This document shows positions 20,476 to 29,193 of a stretch of 32,000 nucleotides of DNA, piece after piece. The stretch covers positions 485,365-517,364 of the forward strand of contig JBBISB010000001.1 of the NCBI GenBank assembly GCA_037441475.1, written 5' to 3'. Below the pieces are notes generated by a model. The model was not told the origin of the DNA, did no database searches, and saw only the letters and a program-made list of their open reading frames with translations. Source of the stretch: Candidatus Iainarchaeum sp. Its GTDB lineage: Archaea > Iainarchaeota > Iainarchaeia > Iainarchaeales > CSSED10-239. Made by a program: the position numbers and the translations under genes. How positions within the stretch are numbered: position 1 is the first letter of the stretch; each line of letters starts with the position of its first letter.

Positions 20476-21750
20476 TTAAAATAGTTTCTTTTGAAGATCT
20501 TTTAGGTAAAGATTTTCATTAATTTCTTTTTCTTTATTTTCTTTTTCTTCTCCAGTGAAAAATATAAAAGGAGTTCCATAGTTTCCTCCTCCACCAGGAG
20601 AGAAGACAACTAAGTTTTGTCTAAAAGAAAGAATATACTTTGCAATATTTTCATCAATCTTTTTTAATTTTTCAAAAGATATTTTTTGCATAACTTCAAT
20701 CTCTGTATATTTTTCAATAAACCTATCGTATATCTCAATAACCTTTTTATGATTAATATCTTTCTGGTTTATAGCAATTTGAATAACCTGTGCAAGAGGC
20801 ATTAAATATTTATAATCTGGTCTTTTTGTTATTTGTTGTAAAGAAGAGTTTCCTTGAAGTAAAGCCATCTCTTGTGCTCTCTCCAAAACTCCTTTCTTAA
20901 TACTCTTTTTACATAAAGAACATTTCCATTTATTTAAAGTAGCTTGTTTTAAGGTATAATGTTTGTAGCATTTAGAGCAGGCTGTTAAACCATATTTTCC
21001 TTCCTTAGGATTATATCCAACATTATAAACCAGCTTTCCTTTTCTATCTTCTAAAAGATCTTTAAATGATTCTAAATTAGGTTTTTCCATTTCAAGGCAA
21101 ACATACTCTCTCCCTATCCTGTAACTTAAAGGAGAGTGTGAGTCTGAGAATGAAAAAAATTTAATGTTTTTTAATTCAGGTATAATATTTGCAGAAAAGG
21201 TATCTGCAGATAAACCAAGTTCAATAAATTTTATATACTCCCAGTTTTTACCATAGGCTTCTTTTAAAGTATCAAAGTGAGCAAAGATTCCAAAGTAAGG
21301 GGTAAAGACATGTGCTGGAGCAATAATTATTTCTAAGCTTTTACAGATATTTAAAAGATTTTCAGCAGTTGTTTTTAGTTTTGTTCTTCCACTTCCATAG
21401 ATAGACATATCTTGACAAAAAGGTTTTATTTCTTTTTCAAAGTCTTTTATTTGTTTAAAGTTTTTAAAATAAAGAAGATGATGCACTCTTTTTTCGGTTT
21501 CAACTTCTGTTCCTAAAATAAAATATATTTTTTTTCCATTAATCTCTTCTTTATACCTAAAACATCCATCTTCTTCAATTAAGTTTTCTTTAACATGTGC
21601 AAGCCAAACAGGATGAAGGATGTCTGCTGTTGTTAAAACATCTAGTCCTTTCTTTCTAGCTTCAGATGCTAAAAGAGGAATTGTTATGTTTTTTGAGCAT
21701 GCTGCTGCATATGGGGAATGATAATGAAGATCACAGTTAAATATTTTCAT
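20476..21750 (-). CDS. PHP-domain endonuclease Q-like protein
   Basis: IFNCDLHYHSPYAAACSKNITIPLLASEARKKGLDVLTTADILHPVW, HVFTPYFGIFAHFDTLKEAYG, FFSFSDSHSP, and zinc-finger CSKCYKHYTLKQATLNKWKCSLC. Probable start ATG complementary to 21748-21750. Confidence 0.82.
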   Translation of the reverse strand: MKIFNCDLHYHSPYAAACSKNITIPLLASEARKKGLDVLTTADILHPVWLAHVKENLIEEDGCFRYKEEINGKKIYFILGTEVETEKRVHHLLYFKNFKQIKDFEKEIKPFCQDMSIYGSGRTKLKTTAENLLNICKSLEIIIAPAHVFTPYFGIFAHFDTLKEAYGKNWEYIKFIELGLSADTFSANIIPELKNIKFFSFSDSHSPLSYRIGREYVCLEMEKPNLESFKDLLEDRKGKLVYNVGYNPKEGKYGLTACSKCYKHYTLKQATLNKWKCSLCKKSIKKGVLERAQEMALLQGNSSLQQITKRPDYKYLMPLAQVIQIAINQKDINHKKVIEIYDRFIEKYTEIEVMQKISFEKLKKIDENIAKYILSFRQNLVVFSPGGGGNYGTPFIFFTGEEKENKEKEINENLYLKDLQKKLF

Positions 21751-21754
21751 AATT

Positions 21755-22045
21755 TCACACAACACCAAATACTTTTAAGATAAGCATAACTCCAAGACCA
21801 GCAGGCCCAAAGATAGCAGTAACTATTAAGGTTATTAGAAAAGGAAGTTTAATGTTTAAGACATAGTAAAAGAAAAGTAAACCCACAACCCCCACCACAC
21901 TATTAACAATTACATTTTTTAAAACTTTTATAAAAATAATAGTAAGAATGATTAAACCTAGGGCATACACAAGGTATATAGGGTTAAAAACAAATGTCTT
22001 TGTTGTCTCTGTTGCAGTTTCTGTTGCTAAAAATAATAAATCCAT
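21755..22045 (-). CDS. BofA-like small membrane protein
   Basis: VIVNSVVGVVGLLFFYYVLNIKLPFLITLIVTAIFGPAGLGVMLILKVFGVV resembles the BofA family pattern (N-x-x-x-G ... G-x-x-G-x-x-x-L); TGA stop. Confidence 0.65.
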   Translation of the reverse strand: MDLLFLATETATETTKTFVFNPIYLVYALGLIILTIIFIKVLKNVIVNSVVGVVGLLFFYYVLNIKLPFLITLIVTAIFGPAGLGVMLILKVFGVV

Positions 22046-22247
22046 GTTTGTTCACCTTATATATCTATTAATAGGTATTTATTAAATATCTTGTGTTTTT
22101 ATAATAATAATTCTCTTTATAAGTATTTTGTATTTTATAATATATATGAGTAAAGTAACTATTCTTTAAATAAAACAAATATTTATTAATTTTAAAAAAA
22201 TCTAATGTAAATTTAAAAAATAAAAAATTATAAAAAAATGATTAAAT

Positions 22248-22913
22248 ATGCAAGAAAATACCTCTTTTGACGAACAAGAAATAAAAAAACAATATGATTT
22301 AAAAAATCTAAGAGACTTAATAGCTAAATCTCTATCTAAGGGTTCAAAAACAGATGATGATTTAAAAAAAGAATTTCCTGAAGCTAAATATGAAGAAATC
22401 TTAGCTGTTTTAAAAAACATGCTTTCTTTAAAATTAATTAAAAAAGATGGTTTTCCTGTTAAATACTCTCTTTCAGATGAAATTTCTAAAACCTTAGAAC
22501 AAAGAAAAGAACTTTCAAATACTGATAGAAACCCTATAAAGGTATCCATAATAATTGAATCTAAGTCTGATAATAAAACAGTTTTAAGAGAGGCTATGGA
22601 AAAAATACTTTCTTCTCTTAAAGAGGATAAAGAGTATTTTGTTTATGATTCTTCTTTAGCAGAAATAATTGTTCATGATGATCTTTTTTCAACATACATA
22701 TCAGCTGAGGTTTCATGTAAAGATCTTTTTAATCTTTTCCGGCTTATTTACTACTATGGAGTAACCTCTATAGATGTTTTAAAACCTGAAAAATTAAATG
22801 TAGGTATTTCAGATCTTCAAAACTCTCTTCAAACAATAGTTGACATGGTTCATGGTTATGCTGGAATGATTTATGAGTTGAAACAAAAGAATGACCTTTT
22901 ATCTAAAAAGTGA
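22248..22913 (+). CDS. Conserved-looking hypothetical protein with winged-helix-like N-terminus
   Basis: 221-aa ORF, TGA stop; LSKGSKTDDDLKKEFPEAKYEEILAVLKNMLSLKLIKKDGFPVKYSL looks like a wHTH segment. Confidence 0.65.
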   Translation: MQENTSFDEQEIKKQYDLKNLRDLIAKSLSKGSKTDDDLKKEFPEAKYEEILAVLKNMLSLKLIKKDGFPVKYSLSDEISKTLEQRKELSNTDRNPIKVSIIIESKSDNKTVLREAMEKILSSLKEDKEYFVYDSSLAEIIVHDDLFSTYISAEVSCKDLFNLFRLIYYYGVTSIDVLKPEKLNVGISDLQNSLQTIVDMVHGYAGMIYELKQKNDLLSKK

Positions 22914-23103
22914 TTTTAAGTAATTATAAAGGTAGTTTGTATTCTAAATGAACAAAGGTTTGCATTAGCAATGACACCCTTTATAAACTATTTTTATAAG
23001 ATGTGTTTTATTATAAATAATCTATTTTATAAGTCGCACTAATTTATAAAAAATAAAAATGCTTTTATTTTGATTGCATCTTTATTTTTTAAAAGGCAGA
23101 TAT

Positions 23104-23772
23104 TTATAGTTGTTTATCAATTGTTGCTTTAAAGACTTGGTAACTTTGAGCACCTGATATCTTTTGATTACCAACAATAAAGCCTGGTGTTCCTGTAATC
23201 CCGTTTGCTATAGCTTCTTGTTTTTGATTTTCAATCTTTGTTAAAAATTTATTTTCTGCTAAACATTTTTCAAAGGAAGAAACATCTAAACCAATTTCTT
23301 GTGCATACTTTGTAAATTATTCTTTAGCAAGGTTTGCTTGATTTTCATAAAGTTTTTTCTTATATTCAAAGAACTTATTTTGTTCTCCAGCACATTCAAC
23401 TGCATTTGCTGCTTTGATGTCTGTATTGTTTCTTGTAAAGTGTTTGTAGATGTATTTTACTTTTCCTGTCTCTATATAGTCAGTTTTTATATTTTCAAAA
23501 GTCGTATCATCTATTTGATATCTTTTACAGAAATGACATGTAAAGGATGAGTATTCAGTAATTGTTAATGGTGCATCTTTATTTCCTAAGAAATAAATAT
23601 TGTTTTCAGCATCTATTTTTTCTTTTAAATTTGTTTTTTCTTCAGTTTTACTTCCTGTAACATTTAATATTAATAATAATATTAAAATAGCAAGTATTGC
23701 TCCTAAAAGAATTTGTATGTATATTAGTTTATTATCTTTTTTATGTGTTGTTTGGTTTTTTGTTTTTTTCAT
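23104..23772 (-). pseudogene. DsbA-like thiol:disulfide oxidoreductase interrupted by in-frame TAA (23317-23319)
   Basis: N-part: TM anchor, FLGNKDAPLTITEYSSFTCHFCKRY (CxxC). After the TAA, the same frame reads FTKYAQEIGLDVSSFEKCLAENKFLTKIENQKQEAIANGITGTPGFIVGNQKISGAQSYQVFKATIDKQL, containing the cis-Pro TGTPGFIVG region. Confidence 0.85.
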
Positions 23773-24098
23773 AAGTAATTACCTTTTTTTATTTTTTTAA
23801 AAAATTTGTTAAAAAATATGAAAAGTTCTAAAAGTAATTTATAAGGTGATATCTTATATTTTCCTTTTTTTTAAAGTAATTTTTTCATATTTCTTAATTG
23901 AGGCTAGGTTTTTTTCTTTTTTTTTAAAAAGTTTTTTTTGTTAAAAAATGAATAACAACCTTCTAATTATATTTGTAAGGTAAATATTTTTAAATACATA
24001 TTAATCTACTTTAATTTAACTTAACCGTAGTTTTTTTGCAATAGTTTATAAATGTTTTTATATAATAATCTATTATAATATATAGAAGGTGAGATGTT

Positions 24099-25259
24099 TT
24101 GGAAAAAAGATATAAGGCGCAAGTTTCTGTTGAAATGCTTGCTATTGTTGGTGTGGTTATCTTAGGAGCTCTTGTTTTTGCTTCATATTATTTATCAAGT
24201 GTTAATAGAAATATTGATACTTTAGAGGGTCTTGATCCTGATTTTTCTAAACTTCTTCCAAATGATCCTTCTGGTACCTTTCCAGGTCTTCCTGGTTTTC
24301 CTGGTGGGGGAGGTCCAAATCCTTTATTATGTGGTAACAATGTAATTAATACTGGTGAGCAGTGTGATGGAATAAATTTAAACGGACAAACCTGTATTGG
24401 TTTAGGTTTTGGTGCTGGTTCTTTAACTTGTAATCTTAATTGTACTTTTAATGCTAGTGGCTGTTCTGGTTATTCTGCTGCTTGTGGAAATAATATTTTA
24501 GAAGAATTTGAAGAATGTGAGATGAATAATGAAACAGACCCATCATCTCCAATGTATAGTGGAAATCCTTCTTGTACTGCATATTGTATTGATAATGAGT
24601 TAGGAATGACTGGTTCAGGAAATATTTCTTGTAACAGTAATAGTTGTTCTGTAGATTATTCTGCATGTGTTTGTAGTAACACTTATTTTAAGCCATTTCT
24701 TTTAATATTATCTGAAGATAGTGGTAGTGCAAATCAAAATATTGGTTTTCCAACAAACCTTTCAGTAGATTTTGATTCAACTGGTGCTGGTACTAAATCT
24801 TTGTGGGTTGATGTAAATGTAACTGTTAAAATATCTGGTTTTTATTCAGACAAATGTAAATACGATAATACACCAATACCTGCCACTCAAAACGGTTTAT
24901 TTATTAAAAAATTCCTTTCAGCTGAATCTAATGTAAATTATATAAAAGATATAAGTTGTTCAGCAGACGGAGTTTATATTTTTATTTTCAAAGGTGTGGA
25001 TAACTTAAATAATATTTCTGATGATGATTTATTCGAATTCACAGTACCTCTTCAAGATTCTTTATTTTTTTGTGATGCAGTCACAACAACAGATGGCTCA
25101 CTTGATGTTTGTATAAATAGATATGAAGGAGGAGCAACAGCTGCTTCTGGAGAAGTTGCATTCTTCATAAATCAACCAGATGTCTCTGAATTTACTGGAG
25201 AATCATGTATTACTACAAATGGTTTAGGTGAAGTTTGTTTTTCATTAGGTTTTAATTAA
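24099..25259 (+). CDS. Class III signal-peptide surface protein with Cys-rich region and Ig-like ectodomain
   Basis: YKAQVSVEMLAIVGVVILGALVFASYYL; repeats CGNNVINTGEQCDG and CGNNILEEFEECE; TTG start at 24099 preceded by GAAGGTGAG. Confidence 0.75.
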   Translation: MEKRYKAQVSVEMLAIVGVVILGALVFASYYLSSVNRNIDTLEGLDPDFSKLLPNDPSGTFPGLPGFPGGGGPNPLLCGNNVINTGEQCDGINLNGQTCIGLGFGAGSLTCNLNCTFNASGCSGYSAACGNNILEEFEECEMNNETDPSSPMYSGNPSCTAYCIDNELGMTGSGNISCNSNSCSVDYSACVCSNTYFKPFLLILSEDSGSANQNIGFPTNLSVDFDSTGAGTKSLWVDVNVTVKISGFYSDKCKYDNTPIPATQNGLFIKKFLSAESNVNYIKDISCSADGVYIFIFKGVDNLNNISDDDLFEFTVPLQDSLFFCDAVTTTDGSLDVCINRYEGGATAASGEVAFFINQPDVSEFTGESCITTNGLGEVCFSLGFN

Positions 25260-25331
25260 AAACCTAAAAACACTTCTTTTTTTATTTCTTAATTAGTTAA
25301 CTTTTTAAATAAGTAGGTATATAATATATAT

Positions 25332-27731
25332 ATGAAAAAAAGAATATTTTTAATAATATTAATAATTTTCTTAACTTTTTTATTACTTCCTTTGATATAT
25401 TCAAAGGCAGCACCAATAGATAACATTCCTATTATTTCTCCAATAAATAAAGCAAAACCACCTGTTTTTGAAGTAATGCCACCGATAGTGGATGAAGTTT
25501 GTTTTGGTTATGTTTGTCTTCCACCAGGAGAAACTCCTATTTCTTTAGGTTTAAATAGTTTGTCTGAAAAATCAACAAGGACTTTAGAAACAACCACTGT
25601 TTCTAACAAAGTGAACACTGCTCCAACTACAGGCACCTATAACATACCTGTTCTTTTAGTTAAGTTTCCTAATCTTTCTGCTCCTTCAAACTATAATGTT
25701 TCAATGTATAATGATGTTTTTAATTCAAGTAATTATTTATCAGGAAACGGTATAAGTGTAAAAGAATATTTTAAAAAAAGCTCTTACAATCAATTAAACA
25801 TCACATATGATGTTTATGATTGGAGAACAATGCCTAACAATTATAGTTTTTATTATACAAACAATAATGTGCATCAACTTGTTGTTGATGCAATGAATAC
25901 TTTTGGAACAGGTTCAAATGCTATTGACTTTACTCAATATGATTCTGATAACGATGGAAGGATAGATGGTGTTATTCTTGTTCATGCTGGATTTCCTGGA
26001 CAAGAACAAAGTGGAAATATTTTATCTCAAGCAAGACTTTATAGAGGAACTACAATTTATAGTATTCAAGGTAAGTTGTATGGTAATGTTGCTGTAATTC
26101 CTTCAAGACACACTGCTTTTGCTTGTAATTCCTGGAAACAGACTTTCAACTACCCAACAGATTGTAGAACCTCGATAGATGTTGCTGTTCACGAGTATTC
26201 TCATGTTCTTGGTCTTCCAGACTTTTATGCTATTACTTATTCTGGCCAACAAGCCGGAACTGGTCTTGGTGGGCATACTATTATGAATATGAATAGTAAT
26301 GCTATTCAAGATGTAAAAAAACCAGTTAACTTCGATTCTTGGTCAAAGTTTTTCTTTGGTTGGCTTACCCCAACTGTAATAAATAGTGCTTCTCAAGCAA
26401 ACATTTATTCTTTAACCTCCTATGATACAACAAATAGTGCTTTTATTTTACATAACCCAAACACCATGGGTGCTAAAGAATTTTTTATAATAACAAACAG
26501 ATATATTTCAACAACTTCTTTGGATAGATATCTTTTTGGTACGATACCTCCTCTATTTAATATTAATGGAGGTATAGACATTCTTCACATTGATGAAAAC
26601 TATATTGATTACACTTACTCTGGTCCTCTTGCTTTCAACAGTATAATGTTTGATCCTGATGGGGATTACTATGATGATAATGTAAGTCATCCTGGTATTG
26701 TCTTTGAACAAAATATTTTAGAACCCGTATTTCCACCTGGTAGAAGTGCAGCAGATTTATATACTACTGAATTACCTCAACCAGGGGTTTGTAGTTTATA
26801 TGTATTTGAAGGTAAGTTTGATAATATTGCAAGACACAGTATGCCTTCAAGTTGTCCTGTTTATAGAGACACAACCTCCAGAAGTTATTTAACCCTTCAA
26901 GATAGCGGTATAAGAGTATATGGTTGGTCTGTTGGTGGACAAACCATGCAAGCCTACTTAACAGTAGATGAACCACTACCCTTAATTAGCCAAATACTTT
27001 CTCCTTCTAATGGTTCTAGTTTTGGTCTTCAAGATAATATTGATTTTCAAGGTAGTTATCAAAACAATATTGGTAACACCTATTGTTTATGGCAATATAG
27101 AAAACTAGGCACAAGTAACTTTGTTTCTTTCTCAAATCAATGTCAAACCACAAAAACCCCTTCTCAATTAAATTTAAGTGAAGGAAGTTACAGCATAAGA
27201 TTTAGAGTTACTGATGAATTTAATAGACAACATACTTCCACAATATTAATAACTATAGTAACATCTACCACTTTATATAATGTAATAACCTCCCCTATTG
27301 AAAATAAAAGTTATCCTTTTAAAGAACCAGTTACTTTCAATGCAAGTTACTATAATAACCAAGGAGATGTAACTTGTGAGTGGAAATATAATAATTTAAT
27401 TATTTCAAATGAATGTAATTTTACAGACACCCCTTTTAACTTAGGTATTGCATCTCCTCCATACAACAGTATGGTGGTAATAAACAGTTCTCTTCCTTCC
27501 TTTACTATTTTAAACAAAACTTTACAAACCAGTCCTTTGTTTAAAGAACCTTTAAAAGTAACTGCCCCAACTATCAAATCTCCAAGCTATTTAGGTAACT
27601 TCCCTGCAGGCTTTACAAGAACAATTACTTTAACTACAACAGATGCAAGTAATGCTTCTTTTGTATCTTCAGTAGATATGAAGCTCTGTTTATGCCTTCT
27701 TGCAAACAATAACCAGGCTGCTGTAAGGTAG
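25332..27731 (+). CDS. Secreted M6-family-like metalloprotease with C-terminal Ig-like domains
   Basis: N-terminal signal; VLLVKFPNLSAPSNYNVSMYNDVFNSS...GNGISVKEYFKKSSYNQLNITYDVYDW; DVAVHEYSHVLGLPDFYA (HExxH) ; FDSWSKFFFGWL. Confidence 0.85.
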   Translation: MKKRIFLIILIIFLTFLLLPLIYSKAAPIDNIPIISPINKAKPPVFEVMPPIVDEVCFGYVCLPPGETPISLGLNSLSEKSTRTLETTTVSNKVNTAPTTGTYNIPVLLVKFPNLSAPSNYNVSMYNDVFNSSNYLSGNGISVKEYFKKSSYNQLNITYDVYDWRTMPNNYSFYYTNNNVHQLVVDAMNTFGTGSNAIDFTQYDSDNDGRIDGVILVHAGFPGQEQSGNILSQARLYRGTTIYSIQGKLYGNVAVIPSRHTAFACNSWKQTFNYPTDCRTSIDVAVHEYSHVLGLPDFYAITYSGQQAGTGLGGHTIMNMNSNAIQDVKKPVNFDSWSKFFFGWLTPTVINSASQANIYSLTSYDTTNSAFILHNPNTMGAKEFFIITNRYISTTSLDRYLFGTIPPLFNINGGIDILHIDENYIDYTYSGPLAFNSIMFDPDGDYYDDNVSHPGIVFEQNILEPVFPPGRSAADLYTTELPQPGVCSLYVFEGKFDNIARHSMPSSCPVYRDTTSRSYLTLQDSGIRVYGWSVGGQTMQAYLTVDEPLPLISQILSPSNGSSFGLQDNIDFQGSYQNNIGNTYCLWQYRKLGTSNFVSFSNQCQTTKTPSQLNLSEGSYSIRFRVTDEFNRQHTSTILITIVTSTTLYNVITSPIENKSYPFKEPVTFNASYYNNQGDVTCEWKYNNLIISNECNFTDTPFNLGIASPPYNSMVVINSSLPSFTILNKTLQTSPLFKEPLKVTAPTIKSPSYLGNFPAGFTRTITLTTTDASNASFVSSVDMKLCLCLLANNNQAAVR
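27685..27719 (+). repeat. Direct repeat copy 1 flanking HicBA
   Basis: tctgtttatgccttcttgcaaacaataaccaggct; 33/35 identical to 28251-28285. Confidence 0.85.
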
Positions 27732-27783
27732 AAAAACAAAGCTTTAAAATTTGTTTATATCTATAATATATTAGGTGATATAA

Positions 27784-28008
27784 ATGTTAAATCAATCTTT
27801 TGATATTGTTATTGAAGAAGATAAAAAAACTAAACAATTTTATGGTTCAGTTCCTAATCTTCCTGGTTGTTATTCTACAGGTAATTCTGTTGAAGAATTA
27901 ATTACAAATATGAAAGAAGCAATTTCTTTATACTTAGAAGTTAAAAAAGAAAATAAATCGAAAGTATTAGCTAGCAATGTTTTAGGTATGGTAAGGGTAA
28001 CATTATGA
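27784..28008 (+). CDS. hicB: HicB-family antitoxin
   Basis: FYGSVPNLPGCYSTGNSVEELITNMKEAISLYLE; GGTGAT ribosome-binding-like site upstream; ATGA overlap with next ORF. Confidence 0.85.
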   Translation: MLNQSFDIVIEEDKKTKQFYGSVPNLPGCYSTGNSVEELITNMKEAISLYLEVKKENKSKVLASNVLGMVRVTL

Positions 28009-28232
28009 GTGAGCTTCCTGTTGTGTCTTCTTTAAAATTAGTAAAGGTAGTTATCATGTTAGGTTTTAAAGAACTAAGACAGAAAGGATCTCATAAAATA
28101 TTTTCTCATTCTGATGGTAGATTTTTAGTAATTCCTATTCATTCAAATAAACCAATTCCTGCTGGTCTTTTAAATAAAATTATAAAACAAGATTTAAGGC
28201 TTACAAGAGATGAGTTTTTAAAACTTTTATAA
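28005..28232 (+). CDS. hicA: HicA-family toxin (mRNA interferase)
   Basis: LPVVSSLKLVKVVIMLGFKELRQKGSHKIFSHSDGRFLVIPIHSNKPIPAGLLNKIIKQ. Confidence 0.87.
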   Translation: MSELPVVSSLKLVKVVIMLGFKELRQKGSHKIFSHSDGRFLVIPIHSNKPIPAGLLNKIIKQDLRLTRDEFLKLL

Positions 28233-28250
28233 GTTGTATAGCTATTAAGA

Positions 28251-28285
28251 TCTATTTATGCCTTCTTGTAAACAATAACCAGGCT
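28251..28285 (+). repeat. Direct repeat copy 2 flanking HicBA
   Basis: tctatttatgccttcttgtaaacaataaccaggct; downstream sequences also share gaaaaac/caaa.cttttaaaatt-like similarity. Confidence 0.85.
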
Positions 28286-28354
28286 CTTTTTTATTGAAAA
28301 ACCAAAACTTTAAAATTATTTTTAAAAATAGTTATTAGAGGTTATCGATTATAA

Positions 28355-28384
28355 TCGTCAGAAACAACCACTCTTGACGATTTA
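28355..28384. repeat. Inverted repeat in the intergenic region
   Basis: aatcgtca (28355-28362) and tgacgatt (28377-28384), perfect 8-bp arms, 14-nt spacer. Confidence 0.6.
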
Positions 28385-28502
28385 AATACCCTTAATTAAA
28401 ATTCATTTTTTCTTCTATCTAATATTTTCTTATAATTTAAGAAAAAACATTAATATATTGTTTTTTAACTCTTCTAACTAACCTTTGTGCTAATAGGCTT
28501 GC

Positions 28503-28555
28503 ATTACTCAAAAGATTTAAAAAGGTCATGAGTAATACTTGTTGTTGAGTAATAC
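28503..28555. repeat. One attactca arm with two alternative tgagtaat partners
   Basis: attactca 28503-28510; tgagtaatac at 28529-28538 and again at 28546-28555. Confidence 0.65.
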
Positions 28556-29193
28556 AAGTTATAGATATTTATATAATTGGCTAAATATATCTTTTATAAC
28601 TCTAAATAACCCCTTTTTGTTTCTTTAAGGTAAAGTAGAGAAATATTACTTAAAAGTAAGGGTAAATTAAAGAAAAAACACTCTCTTTATATATTTCTAT
28701 ATAATATATTATATATAGAGTAATTAAAGATAGGTTATACAAGAGGTTTATACCCTTAATTGCTTTAAAGACCTTTTTTTAAAAACATATATGTAAATGA
28801 GAGAACATAATATCTGATATAGGAATATTTACTTTAAGAGATGTATAATATGTTAAGCTTTTCTTTTAAACTGACCTTTAATAAGGATAAGAAGAAGGCT
28901 ACTTTTACTTCTTTAAAGTGAACAGTTATTTTTTAAGAATATTCCTTTAAAAAGGTATCGTTTGCTTTCAAAAAAAGAAAGGTTTTTAAACAAAACTGCT
29001 CTTTAATTATCTTATACAAGGCATCAGTATCTATACCTTTCTTTTTAGGGTATTGTTTACTTGAGTGCTTTATGCAAGACGAATCTGTTTTAGATCTTTT
29101 AACATTGTTTTTTTGTTAAAGACAAGAAATAACAAACCATGCAGGTTCAATCTTTGTTTTAGTATAAAAAAACAAAAAAAAGGTGAATAAAAA

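Noticed and set aside
29140-29170. GGTTCAATC resembling a tRNA T-arm
   Set aside because: No matching acceptor, D or anticodon stems could be assembled around it.
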